Shown: piece after piece, positions 7,937 through 17,005 of the stretch | How positions within the stretch are numbered: the stretch's first letter is position 1 | Layout of the letters: each line of letters opens with the position of its first letter | DNA from: Gemmatimonadota bacterium | GTDB lineage: Bacteria; Gemmatimonadota; Gemmatimonadetes; Palauibacterales; KS3-K002 | Reading direction: 5' to 3' | Length of the DNA stretch: 64,000 nucleotides | Assembly: GCA_039586795.1 (NCBI GenBank) | Contig: JBDHJS010000011.1 | Coordinates: 1 to 64,000 of the forward strand | Made by a program: the position numbers and the translations under genes | Notes under the pieces: model-generated | Told to the model about the DNA's origin: nothing | What the model saw: the letters and a program-made list of their open reading frames with translations, nothing else | Databases searched by the model: none

Positions 7937-10264
7937 CTACGTATCGGGTGACAGGGCTTCAATCGCCCGGCGTGCCGCCTCAACCCGTGGCTGTAGCTCG
8001 GCGTCGGCGTCCTGCCAGAGTTCGACCAGCTTGCCGTAGTAGTAGATCGCCCGCTGCCTGTTACCTCTCCTTTCGTGCAGCAAGCCGAGTCGCTCGTAGA
8101 TCGTTGCCAGGTAGTAGGAGTCCCAGATCACCCGCCACATCCAGGGCGTCGTCAGATAGCCCTCGTACAGAACGAGAGCCGAGTCGGGTTGGTCTGACAG
8201 TTCGTAGGCGAAGCCGAGCTGGGCGTCACCGCAGGCCCGGCACCAAACGGGCGCCTCCTCAGCCCATACCCTGTGCTCGGCGATGGCCTCCTGTAAGCGA
8301 CCCTCGGCCAGAGCCAAATCACCCAGCACCAGGCTGTAGAGAGGTTCGTCGCTCCGTCTCAGCCCGGGCTCGATTACCGCCTCGTATTCATCCAGCAGAG
8401 GTCTCGCCAGGTCCGAGCGCCCAGCTCTGGCATACAACCAGGCGAGCTCGCCGTATGGCCGATCTAAAGGTGGAATGGACTCCAGAGCATATCGTCTCAG
8501 CGACTCCTCGATACTCCGCAGCGCACGCGCGGGTTCTGCGACAATCTCGACATCCCATCGGGCCATTTCCGCAGTGTTCTTCAGGCACTCAGCGGGTAGC
8601 CCCCGGTCCTCGTTGGCGGTCATCGCGTCGCGCAAGTAGGCTCGCGCCTCGCCGAGCCGGCCGCGCACGGCCGCGAACCGGGCCAGCCAGGTGCTCGCTT
8701 CGGCACGCAAGGCAAGGCTGCCACTGTGCACTTCCCTCGACTCTTTCATGCGCTCTGCTGCGGACTCGTAATCCCCCGCGGCGCTCGACAGGCCAGCCTC
8801 AGAGAGTGCAACCATGGGGTGCAGGGGAAACCTCTGTTCCATCGCTCGGAGGATCGCGCCCGCTTCATCAGGTCTTCCGAGATCGACGTGGGTCGCCACC
8901 GCGTTGAAGTAGGCTACCGGATTGGAGGAATCAACGTCGACACCGCGGAGGTATAACTCCGCGGCGCGCGCGTAGTCACGTTGGCGGCTATAGAGGTTGC
9001 CAAGGTTATTCAGGGCCGTCGGGTCATCGGGGTAGAGGTCCAGCAGTGAAAGGTAAGCGTTGATCGCGCGCTCGCGGTCTCCAGCAACAGTTGTGTAGTA
9101 GTCCGCGAGCGTCAGGTATCGCTCCCGCTCAGTCAGCCGGTCGCGGTATTGGTATGCTTTCGTAAACGCCTCAACCTGACGCGCCCGCTCTTGGAACATA
9201 TTGCCGAGCCCAATTCCCAACGCCCTGTACGCCATGGCAAAGGTCGTGTCGAGAGCGATGGCTTCCTCAAAGAGCGTAATGCCCCGGGCTTCATCGCCCT
9301 CAGTCTCCGACACGCGGAGCGCCAGGGAGTACTTCTGCAACGCTGCGAGCGAGGACGTGGTGACGCGCTCCAGAGGCTCGGCCTGACGAATGGTCTTTAG
9401 CGATTCACCGATCCGCTCCCGCAGGCCTTTGGACGCCTGATCGATGACCGAGATGATACGCGCGGAATCGGTCGCCGCCTCGCGGTAAGCGACCAGGACT
9501 TCGCCCGTTTCCACAGCCACAAGTCGAACGGTGAGAACGTAGCCCGTCCCGACCGAGTTGATCTCGCCGGCGACAATGGCCTTGAGCCCATCACGGATGG
9601 CAACCTCGCGAGCCAGCTGGTAGTCAATAGCAGCTTCTGTTTCTCGCCGCATCCGTTGCAGCACCCGATGTAGCTGTTCTGGTTCGACGACTCTCACCAC
9701 GGGAGACTGCGACAGATCCGTACGCAACGCCTCGGTCACCGCCATGGCGAGCAACGTGTCGCCAGTTGCGCTCTCGAAGTCGGCAATGACGATGGGGTCG
9801 CGTGACTCCAACACGCCCTTGGCGATCAGCGTGCCAGCCGGGCCGATCCCCATGACCCGCATAGCCGTGTAGCCGGAGACACCTACGCCGAGCACTGCGA
9901 ATGCGCCTGCGAGAGCCAGGATCGCGTTCCGCCAGGTGAGAATGCGGTGGTGAGCGCCTCGTTCCCGAATGGCGGCGGGTTCTTCTGGCTCTGCTGGATC
10001 GCCAGCGTCGGTCGGAGCTACGACTGGCTCACGCGCCCCAGGCCCAGCGATGCCCTCCTGGACGAAGGCTGTCGCCAGTACGACAGGAAGGAAGATGATG
10101 AACAGACCGACCGCAAAGCCTGGGAACCAGTCGGGTAGGCCAAGCCCCTCCGTGAGGGCCTGCACAGCCTGATAGGCGACTAAAGCGCCCCCACAATATA
10201 TGAGGAAGACTTGCCAGAGAGACCGGCGATGCGCTTCGATGATGAGCCGCTTGAGCCGGCTCAT
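7937..10264 (-). CDS. Membrane-anchored TolB-like/TPR protein
   Basis: HRRSLWQV N-terminal membrane module with three TM segments, IVIADF, VTTSSLAAL, DTTFAMAY and TPR repeats. Confidence 0.8.
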   Translation of the reverse strand: MSRLKRLIIEAHRRSLWQVFLIYCGGALVAYQAVQALTEGLGLPDWFPGFAVGLFIIFLPVVLATAFVQEGIAGPGAREPVVAPTDAGDPAEPEEPAAIRERGAHHRILTWRNAILALAGAFAVLGVGVSGYTAMRVMGIGPAGTLIAKGVLESRDPIVIADFESATGDTLLAMAVTEALRTDLSQSPVVRVVEPEQLHRVLQRMRRETEAAIDYQLAREVAIRDGLKAIVAGEINSVGTGYVLTVRLVAVETGEVLVAYREAATDSARIISVIDQASKGLRERIGESLKTIRQAEPLERVTTSSLAALQKYSLALRVSETEGDEARGITLFEEAIALDTTFAMAYRALGIGLGNMFQERARQVEAFTKAYQYRDRLTERERYLTLADYYTTVAGDRERAINAYLSLLDLYPDDPTALNNLGNLYSRQRDYARAAELYLRGVDVDSSNPVAYFNAVATHVDLGRPDEAGAILRAMEQRFPLHPMVALSEAGLSSAAGDYESAAERMKESREVHSGSLALRAEASTWLARFAAVRGRLGEARAYLRDAMTANEDRGLPAECLKNTAEMARWDVEIVAEPARALRSIEESLRRYALESIPPLDRPYGELAWLYARAGRSDLARPLLDEYEAVIEPGLRRSDEPLYSLVLGDLALAEGRLQEAIAEHRVWAEEAPVWCRACGDAQLGFAYELSDQPDSALVLYEGYLTTPWMWRVIWDSYYLATIYERLGLLHERRGNRQRAIYYYGKLVELWQDADAELQPRVEAARRAIEALSPDT

Positions 10265-10267
10265 GTT

Positions 10268-10369
10268 CTGCTCCGGGCGGCTGGAAGGTGTGATGGTTGG
10301 GCTGGCTAGAAGATGGGACTTAGTTCTTGTACCTGCAATCGCAGGCTGTTCGCTCTACTGTCAGGGACC
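10268..10369 (-). promoter_or_regulatory. Duplicated promoter/5' leader, copy 1
   Basis: 102 bp ungapped match to 12800-12901; TTGCAG-N17-CATCTT at 10338-10310; GGAG RBS before the ATG at 10264. Confidence 0.7.
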
Positions 10370-10390
10370 CTGGCAAGAATCCTCGGCACC

Positions 10391-11506
10391 TCAGTTGGTG
10401 ACGTGCCGCTTGAAAGAAAGGATCTTCGGGTTACGGATCTCGCCGCCCTTGATCTCAATTGCCCGGCGCAGTGTCTCATCTTCCTCCCAGCGCTCCGGTC
10501 CCCCGATCACCTTCTCAAGGTATGGCACGACAACCTTGGAGATCTCCCATGAAGCGCTGCGCCATAGGTAGCTCGGCGTGTGGTCCACGGCGTAATATGT
10601 GGCGTTCCCTACCATGAAAGTGGGTTCCGCGAACGTTGTCGGCCGGGCAAACGGGAAACCCATACCCAAGTCACAACTCACATCGACGATAAGGCTCTCA
10701 CGCTTCAATCGGCTGTGCTCGCCTTCGCGCAGATACATCAGTGGACGGTCAGTATCCTGGAGTATGCCGTTAACGATGACATCCGCCTCGACGAGGACTT
10801 CGACAAGCGGTCGATGGCTGCCATCCTCATCAATGGCAGTCACCTCGCCGCTGTCATCGCGCACTATCTGCCCGTAACGGCACCCAGGTGCCTTTTCTCC
10901 GACCTCCTGCGGGGGACGCTGAGTATAGACGCGGGGATGGGCAATACCCAGTCCGCGAAGGGCTCTGACCGCACCTCGACTGACCGAGCCGAAGCTCAGC
11001 ACGACGGCGTTCAATACCGGCCCATAGTGCCCATCGAGCCCCATCAGGGAAAAGGCGTGGATCACGCCGCAGTAACCAGCCATCTCATTGTTACGATAGA
11101 ACAGGTGTGTCCCTCGAACGTCACCGTCCCAGACGAACGTGGCCTCGAAGGCCAGTAATGTCAGCCGACGCTCCACAGCCGCGCGCGTGATCTCCATCTG
11201 CTGGACGCAGTGAGGCCAGCCCCACACGACCCCTCCCACGCGCATCTCTTCTATGTCTCTGGAAACAGGTTTGGGTAGTAGTACTCCGTCGCAGTCGCCG
11301 AGTAGTTCCTCCCGATCGGCGAGCCCACCGAAGCGGCGTTCGATCTCGCTGTCCGGGATCCCGAAGGGTTCTCCGTATCCCCGCTCGAAGATCAACCGCT
11401 CAACGACAGTCTCGGGGATCAAGTCGAAGTGGGCCGGGTGGATCGGAACCCGGAACTCGTTCTCCTTGCGGGCTCGGCCAACGATGCCCAAACTGGCTAG
11501 CTCCAT
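10391..11506 (-). CDS. N5-(carboxyethyl)ornithine synthase-like protein (AlaDH/PNT superfamily)
   Basis: KENEFRVPIHP, FERGYG, WGWPHCVQ, NNEMAGYCGV, SFGSVSRGA, IVDVSCD, YAVDHTPS. Confidence 0.85.
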   Translation of the reverse strand: MELASLGIVGRARKENEFRVPIHPAHFDLIPETVVERLIFERGYGEPFGIPDSEIERRFGGLADREELLGDCDGVLLPKPVSRDIEEMRVGGVVWGWPHCVQQMEITRAAVERRLTLLAFEATFVWDGDVRGTHLFYRNNEMAGYCGVIHAFSLMGLDGHYGPVLNAVVLSFGSVSRGAVRALRGLGIAHPRVYTQRPPQEVGEKAPGCRYGQIVRDDSGEVTAIDEDGSHRPLVEVLVEADVIVNGILQDTDRPLMYLREGEHSRLKRESLIVDVSCDLGMGFPFARPTTFAEPTFMVGNATYYAVDHTPSYLWRSASWEISKVVVPYLEKVIGGPERWEEDETLRRAIEIKGGEIRNPKILSFKRHVTN

Positions 11507-11509
11507 CGT

Positions 11510-12741
11510 TCACTCCAACGGTTCCGTCTTCTCTGTGAATTCCAGCCCTGCTCTCGCGAGTCCCTGCAACACCGGTTCGTAGATCGACGGGTGTGTCGGA
11601 ATATGACTCCCCACGAGTTCGAGCTTCCCCTGAAGCAACAATTCCGCTGCCAAGGCCGTCGGCAACCCGACGGTCTTCGCCATCGCCGTGAATCCGTTCT
11701 CCTCGCCTTCAGCGACAAGTGTGGACGTTATTCTCTCCCGCTTTTTCTCCGCGCCGCCGTATTCCACATCGAGTTCGTGCTTTATCACCACCATGTCCCG
11801 CATTCCCGGCAGCAACGGCAGCTTCCTCTTCAAAAGGTATATCATCATCGATGCCGGTGTCTCACCTTCGCAACCGATCTCCTCATCGGAGAACAGACCA
11901 AGCCACCTAAGGTCTTCCATTATTCGGCCTGTGGGACTGATCTGCAGGAAACGGGCGACTCGCACCTCTAGTGGCTCGTCCACGTTCGTCATCGGGAGAA
12001 ACATCTCCGTGACTTCCGCATAGCTGCGCTGACTCAAGTTCGGAATGCGCATATTCTCGTTCGGGAGACCCAAGCGCACGATCTTCTCCCACGTCTCGCT
12101 CCACCCAGGATAGCGCAGCGTACCGCGGATCATCGTCCGGACATCGTCAAGCCCAAAGTGTTCTCCATATACTGGGCGCCCTGTTCGCTCGCCATCACGA
12201 CGTTTCGGGGATTCCAGGTAATGACATAGCGGAGTGGGTTATGCTCTTGATTGGGCGCAGGAATGCCACTGCCATAGGAACAGAAGCGGACGATGCGCCC
12301 GCTAGCATCACGTACACGCGTAATGACCGCCATGGCAGACATGTGGTCGATGCCCGGATCCAGTCCCAACTCGCACAGCAGCAGCACGCCCTTCCGCCGA
12401 GCGTCGCGCCCAACTTCTCGCATGGAACGGTCTCGGTACGAGACGGAGAGCATGTGGCGGCCGTTTGCTACGCAGTCCCATGCCACGAGGTCCTGGTACG
12501 CCGGTGAGAGCATATTGATGACAACGTCCGACCGCTCGATCTGAGTCGACCTCTCCAGCTCGTCGTTGACATCGAAGCGTATTGCCGTGCCGCGAGAGTG
12601 GCCCGCGATACTCCTCTTGGCGAGATCGCGATCGATGTCACCCACCGTAACCTGCCAGTCATTCTCCTCCGCATGCTGGAGTAGATAATGGATCAGGTAG
12701 GGTGTGCTCTGACCAGCGCCGAGAACGAGGATTTGTTTCAT
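11510..12741 (-). pseudogene. Saccharopine dehydrogenase family gene split by an internal deletion and frameshift
   Basis: ILVLGAG and ELGLDPGIDHMSA, TWNPRNVV in 12130-12741; IRGTLRYPGW and TAMAKTVGLP in 11510-12133; at about 12160 QYMEN joins out of frame to HFGLDDVRTM and the family EAYPNRDSL segment is missing. Confidence 0.85.
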
Positions 12742-12799
12742 ACTCTAGCGGAATGTCTCCTCACGGTCCGTTATGTCTGGCGGAGCTTACATCCTTGTG

Positions 12800-12901
12800 C
12801 TGCTCCGGGCAGCCGGAAGGTGTGATGGTTGGGCTAGCTACAAGATGGGCCTCAGAACTGGCACCTGCAATCCAGGGAGAATCGTTGTACTGTCGGAGAC
12901 C
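12800..12901 (-). promoter_or_regulatory. Duplicated promoter/5' leader, copy 2
   Basis: Matches 10268-10369 (about 21 mismatches in 102); same TTGCAG-N17-CATCTT at 12870-12842. Confidence 0.7.
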
Positions 12902-12939
12902 AGCGGACGGTCAGTCCGTGGGTTGAAATGTTCACCTGC

Positions 12940-13941
12940 CTAGATCGAGTGGATGATCTCTGCAGATGGTGCGCTCCGCGCAAGCAGCGGTCCTGCTGCA
13001 TCTCCGGCCATACCGAAGATCGCGGTACCCGCCGCGTCGGCGGTCATGCAATCGTCAGCCGCCACCGTGACGCTGCGCATGCGAGCCACCCGCGGCTCGC
13101 CCGTGACCGGGTCGAGCAGGTGGTGATAACGGCGCCCCTCATGCTGGAAGTAGCGGATATAGTCGCCGGAGGTGGCCACTGCCCGGTCACTCACTTCGAG
13201 AGTCTCGATGATCCCGTCGGGGTCCTCCGGGTCGCGGATGCCGATCTTCCACGGGTCGCCGTTCTCCGACACGCCCATCGCGTACAGATCGCCGCCCACA
13301 TTTACGATAGCGTTGTCGATTCCGTTAGATCGAAGCGACTTGACAGCGCGGTCGACGCCGTAGCCCTTGGCGATGCCGCCCAGGTCGAGTTCGACGTCGG
13401 GGTCGCTAAACAGGACGACGGGTGCGCCACCCCGCATGCCAACCTCCAGCGATTTGTATAGACCTCGCCCTGCCAACCCGCGAACCTCCTCGGGAGAGGG
13501 TGGCGACTGACGCTCGGCGAAGTCCCACAGCGCCATCGCCTTACCGATGCACGGATCGAAGGCGCCGTCGCTCGCCGACGCCCAGTCCATCGCACATTCC
13601 AATACCAGGCCCGTTTCGTCAGAAACATGAACCGGACCCTTGGCCGCGTACAGATTCGCGCGGCCCACGTCGGACTCGGAGTTGAACCATGACATCGTGC
13701 GCTCGACAAACCGTAGCTCGGCGATCGCCGCATCGATGGCGTTCTGGGCTTCTCTCTCGTTCCCGCCACGGTGGACTACCGCAAAGTCGGCGATCGTTCC
13801 CATCACCGGGACGCTGCGCCGTGTCAGTCGCTGGCGGTTGATGAACGAGACCGGCACCGTGAACACCGCGAAAGCGCCGATCCCCAGCCGAAGGAAGTCG
13901 CGGCGGGGGAATGAACGCAGTGAACGTTCGACTTCACTCAT
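12940..13941 (-). CDS. apbE: FAD:protein FMN transferase with Tat signal
   Basis: RRDFL twin-arginine, MGT, GAFDP, LDLGGIAKGYGVD, VGGD, ATSGDY, HHLLDP.TG. Confidence 0.95.
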   Translation of the reverse strand: MSEVERSLRSFPRRDFLRLGIGAFAVFTVPVSFINRQRLTRRSVPVMGTIADFAVVHRGGNEREAQNAIDAAIAELRFVERTMSWFNSESDVGRANLYAAKGPVHVSDETGLVLECAMDWASASDGAFDPCIGKAMALWDFAERQSPPSPEEVRGLAGRGLYKSLEVGMRGGAPVVLFSDPDVELDLGGIAKGYGVDRAVKSLRSNGIDNAIVNVGGDLYAMGVSENGDPWKIGIRDPEDPDGIIETLEVSDRAVATSGDYIRYFQHEGRRYHHLLDPVTGEPRVARMRSVTVAADDCMTADAAGTAIFGMAGDAAGPLLARSAPSAEIIHSI

Positions 13942-14099
13942 GATCTAACATCTCCGAGGTCCAAGAACTTGCAATCCGATTCGTCTACGCACGCCCCGTC
14001 GCAGTGGCCGCAACCCTCCGCTTCGTCCCTACCCCGGTTCATGAAACCGATGGCGACGAACAGCGCCGAGCAGGTGAGGACGGTCAGTAGCATCTCCAT
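13938..14099 (-). CDS. 53-aa single-TM Cys-rich protein, NqrM-like; not in the ORF track
   Basis: MEMLLTVLTCSALFVAIGFMNRGRDEAEGCGHCDGACVDESDCKFLDLGDVRS*; TAATG overlap with the rnfA stop and ATGA overlap with the apbE start. Confidence 0.8.
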   Translation of the reverse strand: MEMLLTVLTCSALFVAIGFMNRGRDEAEGCGHCDGACVDESDCKFLDLGDVRS

Positions 14100-14674
14100 T
14101 ACGAACTCAACAGTCCGGCAAAGCCCATGAACGCCAGCGACAGGATGCCGGCGATGATGAACACCAGGGCGTTGCCCCTAGCGATACCCGGTACTTTCAC
14201 GAATTCAAGATCTTCGCGGATCGACGCCATCAGCACAAGGGCCAGCGTCAGGCCGGCGCCGGCTCCCCAGGCGAAGAACAGCCCCTCGAAGAATGTGTAG
14301 CTCCGGTTCGTCTGCGAGATCGCCATGAAGAGGATCGCGCAGTTCGTCGTGATCAGCGGCAGATAGATCCCCAGCGCCCGAAACAGCGCCGGGCTCACCT
14401 TCTTGATCGTCATCTCGGTGATCTGCACCGCCGAGGCGATGACGAGGATGAACGAGATCAGCCTCAGGTACGGCGCGTAGGGCAGGATGAACGTGTTGAG
14501 GATCCAAGCGCAGACCGACGCCACGGTCAACACGAACACGTTGGCGGCGCCCATGCGCAGCGCTGTGTACACCTTGCCGGAAACGCCCATGAACGGGCAG
14601 AGGCCGAGGAAGTACGCCAGGGTGAAGTTGTTCACCACCATCGCCGAGATGAAGATCCAGGCCATGTTACCCAT
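14099..14674 (-). CDS. rnfA: Rnf complex subunit A
   Basis: NNFTLAYFLGLCPF, LGIYLPLITTNCAI, LSLAFMGF; start placed at 14674 by the TGATG overlap. Confidence 0.95.
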   Translation of the reverse strand: MGNMAWIFISAMVVNNFTLAYFLGLCPFMGVSGKVYTALRMGAANVFVLTVASVCAWILNTFILPYAPYLRLISFILVIASAVQITEMTIKKVSPALFRALGIYLPLITTNCAILFMAISQTNRSYTFFEGLFFAWGAGAGLTLALVLMASIREDLEFVKVPGIARGNALVFIIAGILSLAFMGFAGLLSS

Positions 14675-15330
14675 CAGGCGGCCCTCCCCACGGCGCCTTC
14701 CGGCAGCGTCCCGGCCCGTGCTCTGTCGGCTTTGCGCTTCTCCCACCAGTTCATCACCAGCAGGACGAACCCGATGGTCAGGAACCCGCCGGGCGGAAGG
14801 ATGAAGATGATCCACGGCTCATACCCGGAGCCAAACAACGGGTATCCCAAGAAGGATCCGTAACCCAGGATCTCCCGCACGCTACCCATGATCAGCATGG
14901 CAATCGTGAACCCGATTCCCACGCCCACGGCGTCCAGCAGCGAGCGGCCCACCGTGTTCTTCGAGGCAAACGCCTCCTGGCGACCGAGGATCATGCAATT
15001 GACCACGATCAGCGCGATGAACGCGCCCAACTCGGCGTGGATCTCCGGCACGACGGCCTCGAGCACCATGTCGGCGACGGTGACGAACGTGGCGATGATC
15101 AGGATGTACGTGGAGATCCGCACTTCCCCGGGAATGAAGTTCTTGAACAACGAGACCAACAGGCTCGAGCAGAAGAGCACGAAGAATGTGGCGGCCGCCA
15201 TGGCCAGGCTGTTCATCACCGTGTTAGAGACGGCCAGCGCTGGGCAAAGACCGAGCATCTGGATGAGTACCGGGTTCTCGCGCCAGATACCGCGGCTGAA
15301 GTCCTGACCCGGCGTCGTCTTCGTCGGCAT
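14674..15330 (-). CDS. rnfE: Rnf complex subunit E
   Basis: ENPVLIQMLGLCPALAV, LIVVNCMILGR, LPPGGF. Confidence 0.95.
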   Translation of the reverse strand: MPTKTTPGQDFSRGIWRENPVLIQMLGLCPALAVSNTVMNSLAMAAATFFVLFCSSLLVSLFKNFIPGEVRISTYILIIATFVTVADMVLEAVVPEIHAELGAFIALIVVNCMILGRQEAFASKNTVGRSLLDAVGVGIGFTIAMLIMGSVREILGYGSFLGYPLFGSGYEPWIIFILPPGGFLTIGFVLLVMNWWEKRKADRARAGTLPEGAVGRAA

Positions 15331-16010
15331 CAGTTGACCTCCTCCAGGTAGGCCTCCAGCATCGGCCCCAGCCTCTCCAGTTGGTTGTTGATGATCGCGA
15401 TTATGGTGCGCGACGAGATGGTCGCGCCGGTGATCATGTCCACTTCGTTAGCCGCACCCGTCTGGCGGCCCGCTTTAACTCCGGCGAGGGGCGCCTCGGG
15501 GCCTCTGAATTCCTGAACGAAGGCGCTGTCCTTCACGATCTTGTCACCCAGGCCCGGCGTCTCCTTGTGCCCCAGTACCTTCATGCCCAACACGACACCC
15601 GCCTCTGCATCGTAGCCGAAGATCAACTCGATGATGTCCTGGAACCCGGGCTCGCCGCCGGTGATCGCGTAACCGACGGGCGAATCTTCCTCGGTATAGC
15701 CGAGGAAGACCATCTCCAGCGTCGCCACATCGACCCCGGCCGGCGGTGCTAACACGAGGTCACCGTCGTGGACGTAGAGCGTGTCCCAGCGGGCCGGCGA
15801 CGCGAGCACCTCCGACACCGCTTCCCTCAGTTTCAGCGCCTTGTAGGCCTGGATAGCCGGCTGCGTCGCCTGGTGCACGAAGACGATGAGCAGACCCGCC
15901 AACGCGCCCGCCGTGCTCAGCGTCATCAGCAATTTCAGCGACGAGGTTTCCTTCTGCTCGGGCGCGCCTTGCGCCTGCGGCAGCGGCCGTCCCTCGCCGT
16001 TCCCGCTCAC
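15330..16010 (-). CDS. rnfG: Rnf complex subunit G (FMN-binding)
   Basis: N-terminal TM, ETPGLG, flavinylation motif ITGATISS; GTG start at 16010 overlaps the rnfD stop. Confidence 0.93.
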   Translation of the reverse strand: MSGNGEGRPLPQAQGAPEQKETSSLKLLMTLSTAGALAGLLIVFVHQATQPAIQAYKALKLREAVSEVLASPARWDTLYVHDGDLVLAPPAGVDVATLEMVFLGYTEEDSPVGYAITGGEPGFQDIIELIFGYDAEAGVVLGMKVLGHKETPGLGDKIVKDSAFVQEFRGPEAPLAGVKAGRQTGAANEVDMITGATISSRTIIAIINNQLERLGPMLEAYLEEVN

Positions 16011-17005
16011 GACGCCGCCTCCGAGACCTGGGTTCCGAACACCTTGGGTTGGGTCCACTGGTTGAGGTACGGGACCAAGGCGTTCATCAGCAGGATGGCG
16101 TACATCACGCCCTCGGGCAGTCCGCCCCACAGTCGAATGATCACGATCAGCGCACCGACACCGGCGCCGAAGATCCAGCACGCCTTGTTGGTGACGGGCG
16201 ACGTAACCATGTCAGTGGCCATGTACCAGGCGCCCAGCATGAGGCCGCCGGCGAACAGCATGAACTGCGGCGTCGGATAGCTGTCACTGATCATGTGGAT
16301 GAACTGTGAGAGGACCGCTACGCTGATGAAGATGCTGACCGGGATGCGCCAGTTGAGGAAGTTGCGCAGCGCCAGGTACAGCCCGCACACGATGATGATG
16401 ATGGCCGACGTCTCACCCGCCGAGCCGCCGATCGTCCCCATGAACAACTCGCGCGTCCCCGTCGCTACACCATCGAACTTCATCAGACCGAGGGGCGTCG
16501 CGGCGGTGACCGCATCGACCTGGGCGCTCATCAAGGGGAGCGACAGCTGCCCCGGGTAGAGATCCCAGAAGCTTCCGGTGGCCACAGGCCACGTGGTGAT
16601 CGCCAACGGAAACGCCGCCTGCAAGAAGGCACGTCCCAACAGGGCCGGGTTGAAGGTGTTCTGGCCCAGGCCGCCGAAGATCAGCTTGCCGACACCTATG
16701 GCGAATATCCCACCCAAGAACGACATCCAGAGGGGGAAGCTTGGGGGCAGCGTCAGCCCCAGCAGCAAACCGGTGATCGCTGCCGATCCGTCAACCAGCG
16801 ACCCTTTGGCGCCGAATACGACTTCGGTAAGGAGCGCCCCGAACGTCGCCGAGGCGACGACCAGTAAGGCACCCACGCCGAAGAAATAGCCGGAGGCGGC
16901 GATGATGGGGACCAGGCTACCCACCACGTTCCACATGATCGTCGGCGTCGTGGCCGGCCCCTTCAGGTGAGGCGATGCGGTGACGAGGAAGCGCGGCTCG
17001 CTCAT
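16007..17005 (-). CDS. rnfD: Rnf complex subunit D
   Basis: SPH, DGSAAITGLLL, FGGLGQNTFNPAL, VTAATPL FMN site, GETS, MATDMVTSP, PEGVMYAIL. Confidence 0.95.
   Translation of the reverse strand: MSEPRFLVTASPHLKGPATTPTIMWNVVGSLVPIIAASGYFFGVGALLVVASATFGALLTEVVFGAKGSLVDGSAAITGLLLGLTLPPSFPLWMSFLGGIFAIGVGKLIFGGLGQNTFNPALLGRAFLQAAFPLAITTWPVATGSFWDLYPGQLSLPLMSAQVDAVTAATPLGLMKFDGVATGTRELFMGTIGGSAGETSAIIIIVCGLYLALRNFLNWRIPVSIFISVAVLSQFIHMISDSYPTPQFMLFAGGLMLGAWYMATDMVTSPVTNKACWIFGAGVGALIVIIRLWGGLPEGVMYAILLMNALVPYLNQWTQPKVFGTQVSEAAS

Noticed and set aside
12940..13941. apbE as nosX
   Set aside because: It is coupled to rnf, whose D and G subunits carry flavinylation motifs, and no nosR target is in the cluster
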